A stretch of 64,000 bases of DNA. Source: Takakia lepidozioides (taxonomy: Eukaryota; Plantae; Bryophyta). The notes beneath the pieces are model-generated. The model was not told the origin of the DNA, ran no database searches, and was given only the letters and a program-made list of their open reading frames with translations. Positions within the stretch are counted from its first letter, which is position 1; every line of letters starts with the position of its first letter. Positions 35,600 to 49,287 of the stretch are shown one piece after another. The stretch is taken from NCBI GenBank assembly GCA_030704615.1, contig CM060732.1, positions 61,442,001-61,506,000 on the forward strand, read 5' to 3'. The position numbers and the translations under genes were made by a program.

Positions 35600-38500
35600 T
35601 GTTTTGCCCGCCCCTGGTCATATATGCTGGCCTAGCGACAAGTGCTCCATACTCCGTTCGTAACACTGGTGCAGCCCGTGACTGCTCTTGCGTTTCAACA
35701 TGCAAATCATGCTGCAAGGTTTGTCATGGATACCACTGTACCCTTCAACTTTGGCATTGACTCTTCCCAGCATTTCTTTGTTAATGGTTTGTAACATGGC
35801 GGTGTTGTTATCATACATCTTTTGTATGACATAAGGTCCTTTCCATGGTGATTTAAGCTTAGAAGCTTTAATCTTTCCTTTCTTCTGCAACCATAGAACC
35901 AAATCCCCGTCTTAAAAGTCTTTAACTTGCCTTCATCAAACTGTTCCTTCCTCTTCATCTGAATTCTGGTCATATTATCAGCTGCATCAGCACGTACTTT
36001 CTTCCACATGGTATAATTCATGTTTCCTGACCTTAATGGAATCTTGCAATTCCATTCTCTTTCCCCACTCCGTTCTCATGGTAGGTAACAGGAATTCCAC
36101 TGGAAGTAAGGCTTCCATACCATAAACTAATTGGAATGGTGTATACTTAGTGGTGACTTTATATGAAGTCCTGTATGACCACAAAGCTGTCAGCAGCTTT
36201 GTATCCCAATCCGTTCTGTTTGCATTGACTATCTTAGCCAAGATAGTACATAGTATTTTGTTGGTAGCCTCTGCCTGCCCATTACCCTGTGGGTAATATG
36301 TTGTACTCTTTCTATGCACAATCATAACTCTTTAGTCAAATCAATGGTCTCATTCATGAAGTGACTTCCTGATCACTGATAAATTCTAAGGGACAGCCAA
36401 ATCGTGTAAGTATGTTCTCGTACAGGAACCTTGCTGTGGACTTGGCTGTGTTGTCCCTCAAAGCTTTAGCTTCCACCCACTTCGTAGTATAATCAGTGGC
36501 TGTAATTATGTACCTGTTCCGTGTATTCTTGGATGGTGGGTTAATTGGTCCAACAAAGTCTAGTCCCCATTTCTGAAATGGTTCCGTAGGCATTGTAGGA
36601 TGCAAGGCCATCCTTCCAGATCTCTGCAAAGGTCCTAGCCTCTGACATTCATCACAATTCTGACAATACTCGTGTACATCTTTGAACAAAGTAGGCCACC
36701 AGTAACCTGCGAGTAGTATCTTCCTACTGGTAGTCTCTTCTCCAAAATGACCTCCAGCCACTCCTTTATGAACTTCCTCCAAACTTTATTTACTTCATGG
36801 TGGTACAAGCATCGTTTTAGTACTCCATCAGGTCCTAGCTTATACATTCTGCTTCCTACCATAGTATAAGGTAAAGCTTTGATAGCGATTCTCTTCCTCT
36901 GCTCCTTACCATAACTAGGTGGGCACTGACCATGAGCAAGGTAGTATCTGATTGGCCACTGCCAATCTAACCATCATCTGCACTTCCCTGCACCTCCACT
37001 GCAAAGACTCGCATCTGGTAATTGATCATCTATTCCTGTGGCGGTTCTCCTGTTGTAACCGTGACAAATGATCCGCCACAAGATGCAGTCTCCCAGGCTT
37101 GTAAACACCCTCGAACTCAAACTCGTGCAAGATTATCAACCATCTTGCTATTCTTCCCGCTTATCAGAGGTTTGTTTACCAGGTATATCAGCCTGGTGAT
37201 CCACATAGAACATAAACTTCTTGCCCAACAGGTAATGCCTGAATTTCTTCACTGCATAGATCATTGCCAATGCTTCTCTTTCCGTTGTGCTATAGTTCCT
37301 TTCAGCACTGTTCATCAACCTGCTAGCATAGTACACAGGTGAATCTATATTTCCTGTAACATTCTGGGCTAACACCGCTCCCAACGCTTCTCCTGATGCA
37401 TCGCAGTGAACATGAAATACTACATGCCAAGGGTTAATCAGCACAGGTGTAGTTGTTACTGACAGTGTAAGTTCCTCAACGCCTGTTGACATTCAGCTGT
37501 CCAGGCAAACACTGCATCTTTCTTCAGAAGCTTGCTCAATGGTGCTGCTATTTGTGCATACCTTTTGACAAATCTTCTGTAATAACTGGTTTGCCCAAGG
37601 AATCTCCTTAGACTTTTAACATTCACTGGTGGTGGAGAGGCTTTAATGGACTCTGTCTTCCTGGGATCCACAAAGTCCCTTCTTACACACAATGTGTCCC
37701 AGAAGCACCCCTGAGTTCACACAGAAAGTACACTTCTCTGGATTCAGGCCCAGACCTCTCATCCTGCATCTGGCCAGACATAACTCCAATTTATGCAAGT
37801 GCTCATTCTTAGAGCTGTACACACTGAATCATCCAAGAATACCTGCATGAAATCATCCAGATACTCATGAAAAGATTCACACACTCTCTGAAAGGTCGCT
37901 GGTGCATTACAAAGTCCAAAGGGCATGACTTTGTATGCATAAGCCCCCCAGTCTGTGATGAAAGCTGTTTTCCCTTGGTCTCTTCTTCTGCCACTTGCAC
38001 TTGATTATAACCACTGAAGCCATCCATGAATGAGTACATCTCATGGCCTGCCACAGTGTCTAATACTGCTTCTGTGAATGGCAAAGGGAAAGGATCTTTC
38101 TTCGTACAAGCATTCAGCTTCTTAGTTCACACATACTCTTAGTTTACCATTCTTCTTGGGAACTATAACAATGGGTGACAACCAAGTTGTATACTCTATT
38201 GGGTATATAAACTTAGCCTCAGCCAGCCAACTTCTTATCTCTTCTCCAACCTTCTGTGCGTAGTTGGGATTCATTCTGTACCTCGCCTGCTTGATTGGTA
38301 CTGACCCTGGTTCCAGTTCAATCTTATGCTGACAGACTTCAGGTGGTATCCCTTTTAGATCCTCATAGCTCCAAGCAAATACATCTCTGTATTTGATGAA
38401 CAAGCTTTTAGCTTCTTCGAAGAATTCCGGCTCCAAATCAGCTCCTACTTTCACCATCCTCGTTCCTCTTTAGTTCCCACATTCACTTCCCTCACCTGCT

Positions 38501-39261
38501 CATCAGCTGTGATTGTCCAACCAGTCACCACTTCATCCTGTAAGCTCACAGTGGCTGGTTCTTCTAGGATTTCCTTTCTCCTTCTCTTTCTTCATAGAAA
38601 TGTGATGGGTAACTGCTGGTTTCCTCTTCAGTTGGTGTTGCTGTCACTACACCACAGCAGATACCTCTTAAACAACTTAGGCTTTCCAGCCGCATCTCTG
38701 CAACCTGCTCCCACTCTGGGTGTGCAGCAAATAGGGTAGCTTCCTGCTCCTCATCCAGTCCTCCTCTCCAGTCATACTCTCTGACTCCTCGAGGTCTTCT
38801 TGTAGCAGGTAATCTACTAGATTTCTTTGTGGTAATTTGTATCTCGTGTATCCCATTATGCACGGTTAGTAACTGAGAATTCCAGTCATGGAATACCCTG
38901 GCCTGTTTCAGCCACGGACGTCCCAATAATAAGGAGTAAGCCTCCATGACTTCATCCATTTCAACACAGTTACTGTGATCATAAAGATCATCTTCTGTAT
39001 CTGTATCTTAACTCCTCTTATTAATCCCAATGGCTGTACACTTCTTTGATCTGCCATTGTTACTGTAAATGGGGCTGGTTTCATGTTACTTAGACCAAGC
39101 TTCTTCCTTAATTGGTCTGTCATGATATTTACTCCAGAACCTCCATCTATCAGTACATCAGTTAGTTCTGTGCTTCCAATTCTCAATTGGATTACTGGCA
39201 TAGAATCATCAAAGTCCATGACTGTTTCTCGCCCTTCCGGCTTCACATTATAACTGGTCAC
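35600..39261 (-). CDS. pol (protease, RT, RNase H, integrase), frameshifted
   Basis: LIDGGSGVNIM; YSFMDGFSGYNQV; CDASGEALGAVL..YSTTEREALA; integrase HHCC and WGLDFVGP, YPQGNGQAE; GPY motif. Confidence 0.93.
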
Positions 39262-39359
39262 CTTGCTGTTCAGGTCTGTGTTTCCTGTCTCTGGGCAATT
39301 CGATTGATTGCTTGATACAGCCTGTGCCTACAATAAGGTGCCACAGCTAATAGCTGTCC

Positions 39360-41305
39360 AATGGTAATGCTTTGGTCTGGCATATTACTTCAGCCAAAGT
39401 CTTATTACTTTGCATGTCTGCATCTTCTCTCTTCCCTTCTTCTTCTCCATCAGAATCAGAGGAATCTGCCACAGGAATATCAGTACTCTTTGCATTTCCC
39501 TTATAGTATCTGCCACTTCCTTGTGCAGTTCCTTCTCATCTTTCCAAGTCTCTTCATCTTCAGGCATATCATTGCCACTTCATTATCATCTTCTTCCTCT
39601 CTCTACTGGAGGTATTAGTTTGGCTTTACTTCTTGTTACTATCATTGTACTTACTTCTGGTACAACACATGGCCTAACCATGTGAGCTGCCACCACTGGG
39701 CCCTCATTCACAGGAGCTCTCATCTCATTCTGGTGTCTTATCCAGAATGAACAGGCTGCCTGCGATGTCCTGGCTGATTACAATAGTAACATAGCTCTTC
39801 ACCATTGGGTCCTCGCCCTTGGTCTGTTCTTGGATTATTTCTATAATCCTGATTCCCGGGCTGGTAATTCCCCCTTGGATTACCCTGATAGTTGCCTCTG
39901 GAATTTCCTTGGTAATTCCTCTTGAATTACCTCTCCCTTCCATGCCATTGTTATAACCACCAGACCTACCATAGTGGTCCTGATCATTGTTTCTTCTTGG
40001 CTGGGGCTGCACCTGATGCACCCTTACTTGCCTAGGTTCTCTTGCAGCTGTCCTTCTGTTGTAGTAACAATTCTCAGTAGAATGGTTATCCATTTTACAG
40101 ATAGTACAGTGTTTCTCCTTCATGTGGCATTCTGTGGTGGTATGGCCTTCATTCTGGCACTTTGCACACCATACACCCTTCCTCCAATGTGTTGCAGCCT
40201 CTGTGGCATACTTCTTCAAGATTTCTTCATTTTTTTCATAGTTATCCCTCTTCAACTTCTCCTTTCTCTTACTCTTCCTTTTTAGTTCTTGCTCTTCTTC
40301 ATCTGACTCATCCTCAGAGTCCTCATCATCCTTTTTCTCTCTCCTGAGCATTCCCAATTGCTCAATTCTGTTTGCAGTTTCAAATGCCTCCTCCACTGTA
40401 TTATGGGGTAACATATCCACTTTTTTGCAACTCTGGTCTTAGTCCACTCACAAACCAAGTCTTCTGTAAACCGGGGCTGGTACTGCAGCCAGCTTTTTCA
40501 TCATCAATTCCATCTTTTCCATATACTCTCAACAGTTTCATGCTTCTTTTGCTTTAACTGTTGTAAACTTCCATACACTTCATCCTCAGTTTTACTTGTC
40601 CTGAACCTATTTCGAAATGCTGTATTCAAGCCATTCCAGGTTAGGAAATGATTATCAGGGAATCTTGCATACCATTCACTTGCTTTCTTGATAAGTGAAC
40701 AGGAAACAGTCTCATCTTGGCATCATCGCCATTCTCATTGTTCACTATACACATGTGCTCAAATTGGCTAATGTGTACATCGGGATCCCCTTTTCCTGAA
40801 TATATTGGAAAGGGTGGTTTTGCCCGTGTTGGTTGTAACGCCATCTGTGGCCCTACCTTCTGCCCACTGACAGGTGCTGGCACCCTTGCTGGTGCTGGTC
40901 CTTCTGGACCTGTTGTTTTGTGGTGGATCTTCCACCAAGTGGTGGCCCTTGAGCACTCCCTGCTTCTGGCCCCACGATATTCACAGTATTCCCAGCTTCA
41001 GTTGCACTACTTCCCACACTCCCTGTCCCCCCAGAGCCAGATCCAGGCAGCCCGCCTGATCCCCCTGAGCCGACACCTTCGTTGGCCTGTGATCCAAGTG
41101 CTCCACTTGATCCAGGTCCAACGGGTTGGGATGTCCTGGTTGTAGTCTCAACCTCAGCTGTTGGGTCTACTTCTTCATATTCTTCCTCTTCCAATTTCTT
41201 CTCTCTGTTTTCATCCTCCAAGTTCTGCCCTTGGGTTTCTTCTTCACTCATGTAACTCAACTGTAATGGTGTTGGAGAGTCTGAACTCTCCGTTGGCTCT
41301 GCCAC
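39360..41305 (-). CDS. gag of the 12.9 kb element, frameshifted
   Basis: PIYSGKGDPDVHISQFE; CAKCQNEGHTTTEC and CTICKMDNHSTENC knuckles. Confidence 0.85.
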
Positions 41306-42171
41306 ATCCTCTTCTCCTTCTTCACCTTCTGCTTCAGAAACTGGAGTTCCTGCTTTTGGTGTTCCATGCCAACTCTTATCAAAGATTTTGTCAAATCTTT
41401 TATCCAGGGATGTACCTCAGATCTTTCACCTCGTGATTGATCTTCTTCCTGTACCAATTCCCTTAATCTTTCTTGCAAAGAAACAGAAGGAGTGGCATCC
41501 AACTCTAGTTCTTCCGGTATGGTGATGTACTCTTGATCTTAATGGTGTGAGAGGTCCAGATGATTCCCCTATGTCTATTCCTCTCTCCCAAAGATATGGA
41601 TAATTAGCTTTCAGATAGCTTTCTCTTTTTGCTGAATATCTCTGGCGTCTAGCTTCTCTTTCATCACTCATGTCCCATGTCTTTCATTTCTTTAATGTGG
41701 CAATAACCAAAACTCTCTTCTGTAATATCTCTCGTATATGCCTGGGTTTCTTTCAAGCTTCAATGCACCCTTGGCTATACTTGAAGTCTCCGTTACCATA
41801 TAACCATATGGCAAACAAGTCTGAAAAGCTGTTCTTGGTGTGAGTTTGATCCACAAAATATCCTTTGGAATCCAATTCTTTACCAGTACAAGCTCTTCAT
41901 GCATATGAGTATAAACATTCACCTTTCTTTCTTCCCAGCCTTCAAACTCTACTCGCTTAATGGATAGCAATGCTATCACATAAACCAACGTTGGTAACCA
42001 ACGTGCTCTTCCTCTACAGGCTACCTGATAAATCTTTATCACTCCTTTCTCCAGACCCCATTCCGGATCAGCATCATGCACTCGCTTAAGAATATTTTTC
42101 TTTACAACCGTCTGGCAATTCCAAGAACCTTTGAAAGAATTGTTTGGACAATCTTTCTTCCTTCGTTCCAC
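41257..42171 (-). CDS. Extra 5' ORF(s) upstream of gag, unknown function
   Basis: 159-aa ORF 41692-42171 plus 41426-41671 and 41257-41502, between PBS and gag. Confidence 0.45.
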
Positions 42172-42279
42172 AGGGAATTTGATTCACTTCAAATTCTTTA
42201 ATGGTCCAACCACCATGATCCCACAGATGCCTGTCACATCTGGTTTTTCATGACTCAGTTCCCCAGTATGGTCGCCAAA

Positions 42280-43172
42280 TGTCGCGCGGCTTTTACTCAC
42301 CCATCCCTTCGCTATCCGAGGCGGAAACTCCAAGATAGAAGAGTTGGAAATCTCTAAGTACTCAGCCCGCGCAGAACAATCAGTCATGACCTACAGCTAG
42401 TGTATCATGGGGGTGTTTCCTATTTGTTTCACTTTTGGCATTCATGTTAGCTACCTTACCATTGATAATTAAGTATCAGTTTGCTTCATCAATCTATTGG
42501 ATTCCATCAACTCATCCATTCATTCCACAGCTTCACTCAGATCTCTCTACACAGTGTGATTGTATCGTATAAGTATCAGATTATGATTTATCAGGTATCA
42601 GGCCGAAGCCATTGTGTCTCTAATCTGCTCTACATATCACTACAGCTTTGCATATAACAAGCATCTACTAATCCTCTTTCCTCCTTCACCGTGCTCTCCA
42701 TCTTTGCTTCCGATCCTGCTCCCCGTCCCATCTCCTCTCTCCCCTCACTCCGAAGTCCTCCCCAGAATCATCCCCCCGTGGTTCTAACCGTTTCCCTCAC
42801 TAACCGTCGTCCGTGAACTAACATGTCGTCCGTGCTAACAGTTGTTTTGTGTCCCCACAGTCGTTTTCCCTGTCGCTTCTCCGTTCCCTATGGTGGACAG
42901 CTGTTTCAAGTTGTGACTGGCGTGTGTAAACTGTGGACGGGCTGTGACTGGCTGTGGACTGTGTTTGGCTGTGTCGGGCTGTGACTGGCTGGTGGCTGTG
43001 TCTGCTGTGACGACTGTGCCGGGCTGTGTTGGGCTGTGACGGGCTTGTGTAACCCCCCCCTCTACATGCGCTGCTGTCACCCCTAACTCCTGTTGGGTCT
43101 CAATCTATGCAAAAATTAAGGGTACCCTACAGATCCCGTATAAGTGTCTAAGTCCCAGACAGTCCTCTAACA
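42280..43172 (-). repeat. 5' LTR
   Basis: Matches 30236-31125; PBS-like sequence immediately inside. Confidence 0.95.
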
Positions 43173-43177
43173 GGTCC

Positions 43178-46100
43178 ACTGAGGTTCAGAAAGTATCCAA
43201 TCTTTTTCAGGTGTCTCACCACATTGAACCTGCGATCCTACGAGTCATGAGGATAGTTACCGAGAGTGGTCCTTTGAGGTTCAGAATGTATCCAATCTTT
43301 TATGTTGACGCGGGAGCTGCTCTTTACCCTCTCCAGATGCTTCATGTTTAGGGGCATTTAGGCCCTTCCGAGCTCTGAGTCGAGGCCCTAGCATTTTACA
43401 ATGAGCTGTGCAAATCCATGAGAGGTCCCTGCAAGCCATATCAGTAGTAGTATATAACCAAAGTCCTTCTAAGGTTGTGTTAGAATACGATCATCAAATT
43501 GCACCGCGCATATCTCTCTTGCATCATCTAGGGGATTCGAATCCAGTCCGGTGGGGGAGAATGGCGGTTTTGAAGTATTTTTTATCTGGGAACTCCAACT
43601 CTCTCCGAAGAGGGCGAGTCGGGTGGTTTTGAAGTATTTTTTGGCTTTTTGCTTTTATTTTTCCCTCCTCTCTACCGGAAGACTTGAACTCTCTCCGAAG
43701 AAGGAGAGCCGAAGGGTAATTACTCTTCATCGTCACTTAAGAGAGTCGTCGGCTCCAAGGGATATCGGTGATACCCTAGTAGGGGATTGTGCGAACCAGA
43801 GATTTTGAGTTCTTTTACACTCGGGGCGAGTGTTCCCCATTGGTCGCCATATATGTAGATACATATATTGGTACAAATTTCTTTTCAGATCGATTTTTAT
43901 CTTAAGGCAGACAATTTAGGCATTGTACTGCCAAAACAGAGCAGTTTGCGATTTACCTGGGAATCGTTGGTAAAGCACGTATGAATTTAGATTATGTCTG
44001 AGACGACCTTGAAGAAGTTCTGGCGTCAAAATGACCGTAGGGAGCTGCATCGACAGCGAGTTAGGCTGCCAATTCGGTACCAATAACGACAACATGCACC
44101 TGTTCGGAACAATACATGGCGACTGTTCCAGTCCCGGATTGCGATCTCTCTATTCTCCCGCCTTTCAAGTCCGGTAGGAGCATGTGGCGAGGAGTCTTGG
44201 CAATTGGAGGAAACAATCTGTACAACGATGAAATATCACGACAAAGCAAGTGCTGCATCAGAGCAAACGACGGGTGAAGGAGCTTCCGGGTGAAGTTTTG
44301 AACTCCTCAGCGATGCAAAGTATGTAGGAGGAAACTCCAAATGATCTGTGACCCAGTGGCAGGGCCAAAGACCCCCTGGGGGCACCACCTGTATTTGTAC
44401 TGCCAGGAAGCGGCAGACTGTCTGTATGGCGACACCATGGTGGCTTTTCTCCCTCGATTCCTTTGAGATTTTACGGGCAGCTACGGGCCATCTAATTATA
44501 ATTTTTCACCAAGTTTGGGGACTTTTGGAGGTGATGAGAGATGACATCAAATTATCACGCTGGAGGCAGTTGCGAAAGGCGATTAAATGGAATTCTAGTT
44601 CATCCAATGGATGAAAACTGGAAATTCGACCTACAAGCTGGAGGGATGAGAAGACAACCTAGCGCCAACTGGTCATCCATCGGATGGTTGAAAAACCAGA
44701 TTTATCATTAACAGATTTATTTTATGGTGTTCTATCATTTTTAAATTATAGACTCATGTAGGAAATAATAGCTTAAGACTATCCTTCACTAGTTTAAGAG
44801 GCCCGAAAAACACAATAAAAGAAGAGCAGGCTCCTCTTGTTCTTCAATCTAGTCTCATTTCCTTGTTTTGGCCTCTTGCTTGTATGGTTAGTTTTGAGCT
44901 TGAGGGAGCTAGTTCCTAGAGAGTTGAGCTTGTGGCTCTCTAGTAATAGAAGCAAGCATAGTGAGAGCAGGATAGTCCTAGCTCAAGGCCTCGTGGTCAT
45001 TTGAGGCAAGAAATAGAGGAAGCGCTCCATGAAATGAGAGACTTGAGGACGAGTAGGAGTGCCGGAGGAGGACCAGATTTGAGTACCATTTTACGGAGCG
45101 ATTTAGTGCATCCCAATCACCACTTATTTTAGAGGGTGACCTACCATACTATCTTGACCTTTGAATTCATTTGTTTCATTTGTTGTTCAAGCTTGTTCCA
45201 AGAAGGGACCTTATAGCATTGCTTGTTAAAAATCTATAAAAACTAACCCTATTTCAAATAGGATGTGTGTGCATCTTTATGTACATGTGTGAAGAGCACA
45301 GGTGTGAAGCCCCAGGAGACAAGGCCTTAGGAATCTAACCCAATTACGTCATGGAAGTGAGGGTAGATGTCCATTATTATTTTTAAGGAGAGGGCGAGCT
45401 CGCATGAAGTGGCGAAGCTCTTGTCAAATTTCCCTTTCTAGCTTAGTGGCAACGGCCATATTGCAAGAGACGGCAAAGCTATCGCCAAAATTTCCATATT
45501 ATTAAGTCATATCTATGTTCATAAGCCCCCTGGCCATAGAGGACCATGGGAGGCGTTGCTAACTAGCTTTATAAGTGGTTAAGCTATTTTGTAGAAAACT
45601 GCCAAAAAAGGCAGAGCCCAGCACTAAAGTGACGACGCCTTAGGCGCCTTTGGGCTGGAGGTCAACCAAGGAGGTTGCCTAGAATTGCCATGGAGAGACG
45701 CATCTAACACGGGTGGCGCGGCCTTCCCCCGTGGGGGGAGTTGACCCCTAGAGCAAAGTACGGGTTGCTGGTACACTGCGTGGCAGCACCAGGCGCCATA
45801 GCTGGGCCCGCGCAGGTACGACACGAGCGGCAGAGACGATGGAGCCTGCTATTACCCACTGGACCCGCGCCGGCGGCGGGCCAGTCACGCCACGCCACAT
45901 AGCGCTGGCCGCGGGGTATCGGTTTTAACCGCTAGATATTACGACGGACCCTGCCAGGGACTGTTGGTCCCTGGGACGGATATTTTAAGGGGGGTTTTCT
46001 CCCTATGCTTTTGATTTCTTGTGCACTATTCATAGTGTTCTTCTTGCATGGGAATGAGGGCGTGTTTCAGCAAATGATACGGAATGGTTGGAACCATTGG

Positions 46101-47440
46101 ATAGGCCCCAGTGAGGCCATCAGTTTGATATGTATTCTGGGGCTTGTGAAAGCACGACTCACGGGTGGATGCCACAGGCAGAGAGAGAGAGCCCAGAGAC
46201 AGGGAGGAGAGAATCCTTGGTAGGGGTTTTACAAGGTAGAAGATGACATGTTCCAACTTCGTTCTAGGTTGGTTGCTTGCATAAATTAATCAGATTATAT
46301 TGGAAGTAGGTGGAAGAGACGCAGGGAATGGACCCTTAGACCCACTGAATGTTTAATCATTGTTTACACACTAGGGTGGTGATCAGATTGAGAAACTGAT
46401 GGGCGGCAGATTTCATTCATCTTGGCCCGGTGATGGTTTAAGTTGCTAATGCGTTATTGATTGGTTTGGTATAGGAATTTAGGGGCGCTCCCAAGTGGAG
46501 AGCGGTTCCCCAATGCTCCCGACATAAAGGGCGTTCCCAGGGTGTTCCCCTGGTACCTTGAGGGTAATGTAGTTAGCTCGAGCATCCTACGATGATTCTC
46601 TATTTCTACGAAGTTCATGCATTTGTATGAAGGTTTGATGATTCTCTATTTCTACGAAGTTCATGCATTTGTATGAAGGTTTTAATGATTTGTTCTTTAT
46701 TATTCAGCAGGGTAATTTGCCTTTATTGAGGGATTTTATCCGGACCCCCTTAACTTTAAAAACGGAAGTTTTTATGGAGGTATTGCCCCCTTCCGCCGAG
46801 GATATTTGAAGTCAAGTACCCGGCCGCTGGGGGGGGTGGGCCAAGGAACCGCTTAGATCTCGGGAATTACCTAGAGGTTTGAATTGTTATCATTCACCCG
46901 ATGGACTGACCATTGAGGTTGAATTTTGGATCGTTCTAAGCAGGAGAAACTGACTTGGGAAAGCGGATCCGGTCCCTTCCTAGGAGGTAGGACACTAATC
47001 CACCTCAGGATTTAGGGGGGGCATTGGGTGGGAGATAGATGATCCCCGTCTCCCTGGGCTCGGGATTCGTTTTGTGAAGGGGTTTGAAGGTTCGTCCCGG
47101 CTATAAGCGTGTTGGGAGTCCAGGCATGTAGGAAGTAGTAATAAACAAAGACTTGGAAGGCAATTACGATTAAAGACGTAGAAAACCCATAAACAAAACA
47201 TAGGACTAGGAAACGCAAATCGCCCCGTGAAGTGGAGTTGTTAAGCTTTGCGTTGCCGATAGGAAGTTAGACTGTTTAGATCCGTCCATAGCTACCACGG
47301 ACCCCTGCACTTACCGCAGCCGGGTAGGCGATTCGTTGAGCCCAACCTACACCGTAACTTGTCACGACCCCCTAGGCTAGTATGCCGTCACCCTGGCCGC
47401 GCGCGACCAGGGCTCGTCATATTTTGGTGCGTCTGCTGGG
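43178..47440 (+). mobile_element. Non-coding repeat-like region, possibly a long LTR starting TG at 30111 (interrupted by the 12.9 kb element) and ending CA at 47419 before a PBS-like TGGTGCGTC
   Basis: No credible ORFs; TG start truncates the Gypsy integrase at 30110; no second LTR in the window. Confidence 0.35.
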
Positions 47441-47658
47441 AGACAAGTGAAAATCAGGTTTCTCCGTGGTCAGAATGAATGAGGATTTATTGACCATTAT
47501 TCTTTACCTTGATCTTACTATCGCACTCTGTTTGATGTTGTGCATCTTTTATTCGTGTCTCACGCCCAAAGAGGCTGATTGACTACTTTCTGTACATGTA
47601 AACAGATTTATCACACTTAAGTGTGCATTGAACTAACCTCATGGCTCTCATTGAATTG

Positions 47659-49237
47659 CAGTATGGTTGCATCGTCTGGAGCTCCCCGCCGGCAGCATTC
47701 CTTTGGTACTGTGTGATCGGACTCTATCGCATTATCTCCGGCACCAGGACTGGAGACGTGTCTGGCCCAGAGGCCACAGTAATTTGCAGATTGATGCGAC
47801 GGCGCATTTTGACCATTGCAGGGGAGTATCGGGAGTATTGGATCTCTGCCCGGGTGGGACCCCAAGGCCTCGGAGCCCGGACGGCTCCCATCTCCACATT
47901 CTTCCGGTTCAACACCCGTTGGCCGGGTTGTTGCCAGCCAGCCACCTTTCCTCGCTTATATTCATTTTGACTCGGCCCTTGATGTCCATCTTGCTTGGCA
48001 GGTGTCTTATTTGGCCTGTTGTACGTTGTGCTGCACCATCACCGACACCCTGCTGTACACGCGCAGCAGGATGATTCGACAATCGGCCCCATTGAGAGAG
48101 TGCGTAGGACGTGCTCTTTGCGGCCATCGCCCGCCTTTGTGGATTGGCTGATTGGGGTAGGACCAGGAGAGAGCGGGATCGAGGGCGAGAGTCTCCCACA
48201 TCTGAGGAGGTCTTGCTAACCCTTCCTGCCACCCCGATATTATCACCGAGGGACCACACCAGCGTCCCTTATCCGTGAGTTGATTACATCCGGTTCATTG
48301 TCATTGTTACACACAGTTAGAGACCGGTCAGCAGAGAGTTCTTTCTTTGCATCACCGGCTACAGTTTGTAGGTTGATCCCATTGGACCTAGCCCAGCCAG
48401 CAGCCTTTCCTTTTGGCCTAAGGACTCATCAAGCATATCTGCCTCGGTTACCACATCGCGTGGTACATGTGGCTTCTTCAGTAGAGAGTGCCCCGAGTGG
48501 ACCTACTGAGTACACTTCCTCAGAGGAGGACGAGGATGAGCCCGCCTCCAGTGGTCGTCAGGATCTGAGTGATTAGTGTGGAGATTTCAGGAACTTCTAG
48601 CGTGAGGGGTTCTGAGTCTCCATCTTGGGGTGGGATGCAGTAGCGAGAGGCAGTTATGCACTGTTGTATTAAATCAGCCAGGCTACATTATGTTCATCTC
48701 ATCGTTCCTTGATTAACGCAGTGTGCAAACAAGTGTGGAATTGTTAAGCACAATTAAGAAGCTGGTATGTCCTGTGACGAAAAAGTGAAGCGTATTCGAC
48801 ATCGGTTTTTCCACAAACCCTTATCTACTCGGGAGAGGATCGAAGAATATATCCGGTATCTGGGAGAGAAAAAAATGCATAAGAAACGTTGGATCGAGGA
48901 GAGAGTTTGGAATACCCGAATTCTTCCAAACGGCACCACTCAAAACTTTTATTGGTGCCCAGACAGATTTGTGTTTCCGGGTTGTCCCTGCCCAGGTATT
49001 TACTTGGGAGCATTACACCCCTGGGGGGTGCACCCCAGCCAACCTGTACCAGCCACGTGCGTGCACAGGAGGGGGTATTTTTAACCCCCCCATGTACAAT
49101 ATTATACATACATAGGGGGGGTAAGCAACACCTTAAATATAAGTCTACATCAAGGGGTTAGCATGATTATGAGGGTAGTGTAGTGGTATGGGACACCATT
49201 GTCACGACTCTCATCGTGGGTTCAAATCTCACGGTGT
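47659..49237 (+). repeat. Dispersed direct repeat, copy B of 1158-2724
   Basis: Direct sequence comparison. Confidence 0.9.
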
Positions 49238-49287
49238 TGATGCGTGTGCTAGCCTAACTGACCTAGAATAGGGCAAAGAAGTCCATG

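Larger units (their letters stand above)
30236..43172 (-). mobile_element. Full-length ~12.9 kb non-chromovirus Ty3/Gypsy (Athila/Phygy/Selgy-like) LTR retrotransposon with extra ORFs
   Basis: LTRs 30236-31125 and 42280-43172 (TG..CA); TSD GGTCC at 30231-30235 and 43173-43177; PBS-like TGGCGACC next to 42279; PPT 31126-31146; gag-pro-RT-RH-INT order. Confidence 0.96.

Noticed and set aside
46590-46683. 47-bp tandem duplication
   Set aside because: Simple local slippage with no further structure
1158-49237. Giant LTR element bounded by the 1.57 kb direct repeats
   Set aside because: No TG..CA termini, PBS or TSD at the repeat boundaries
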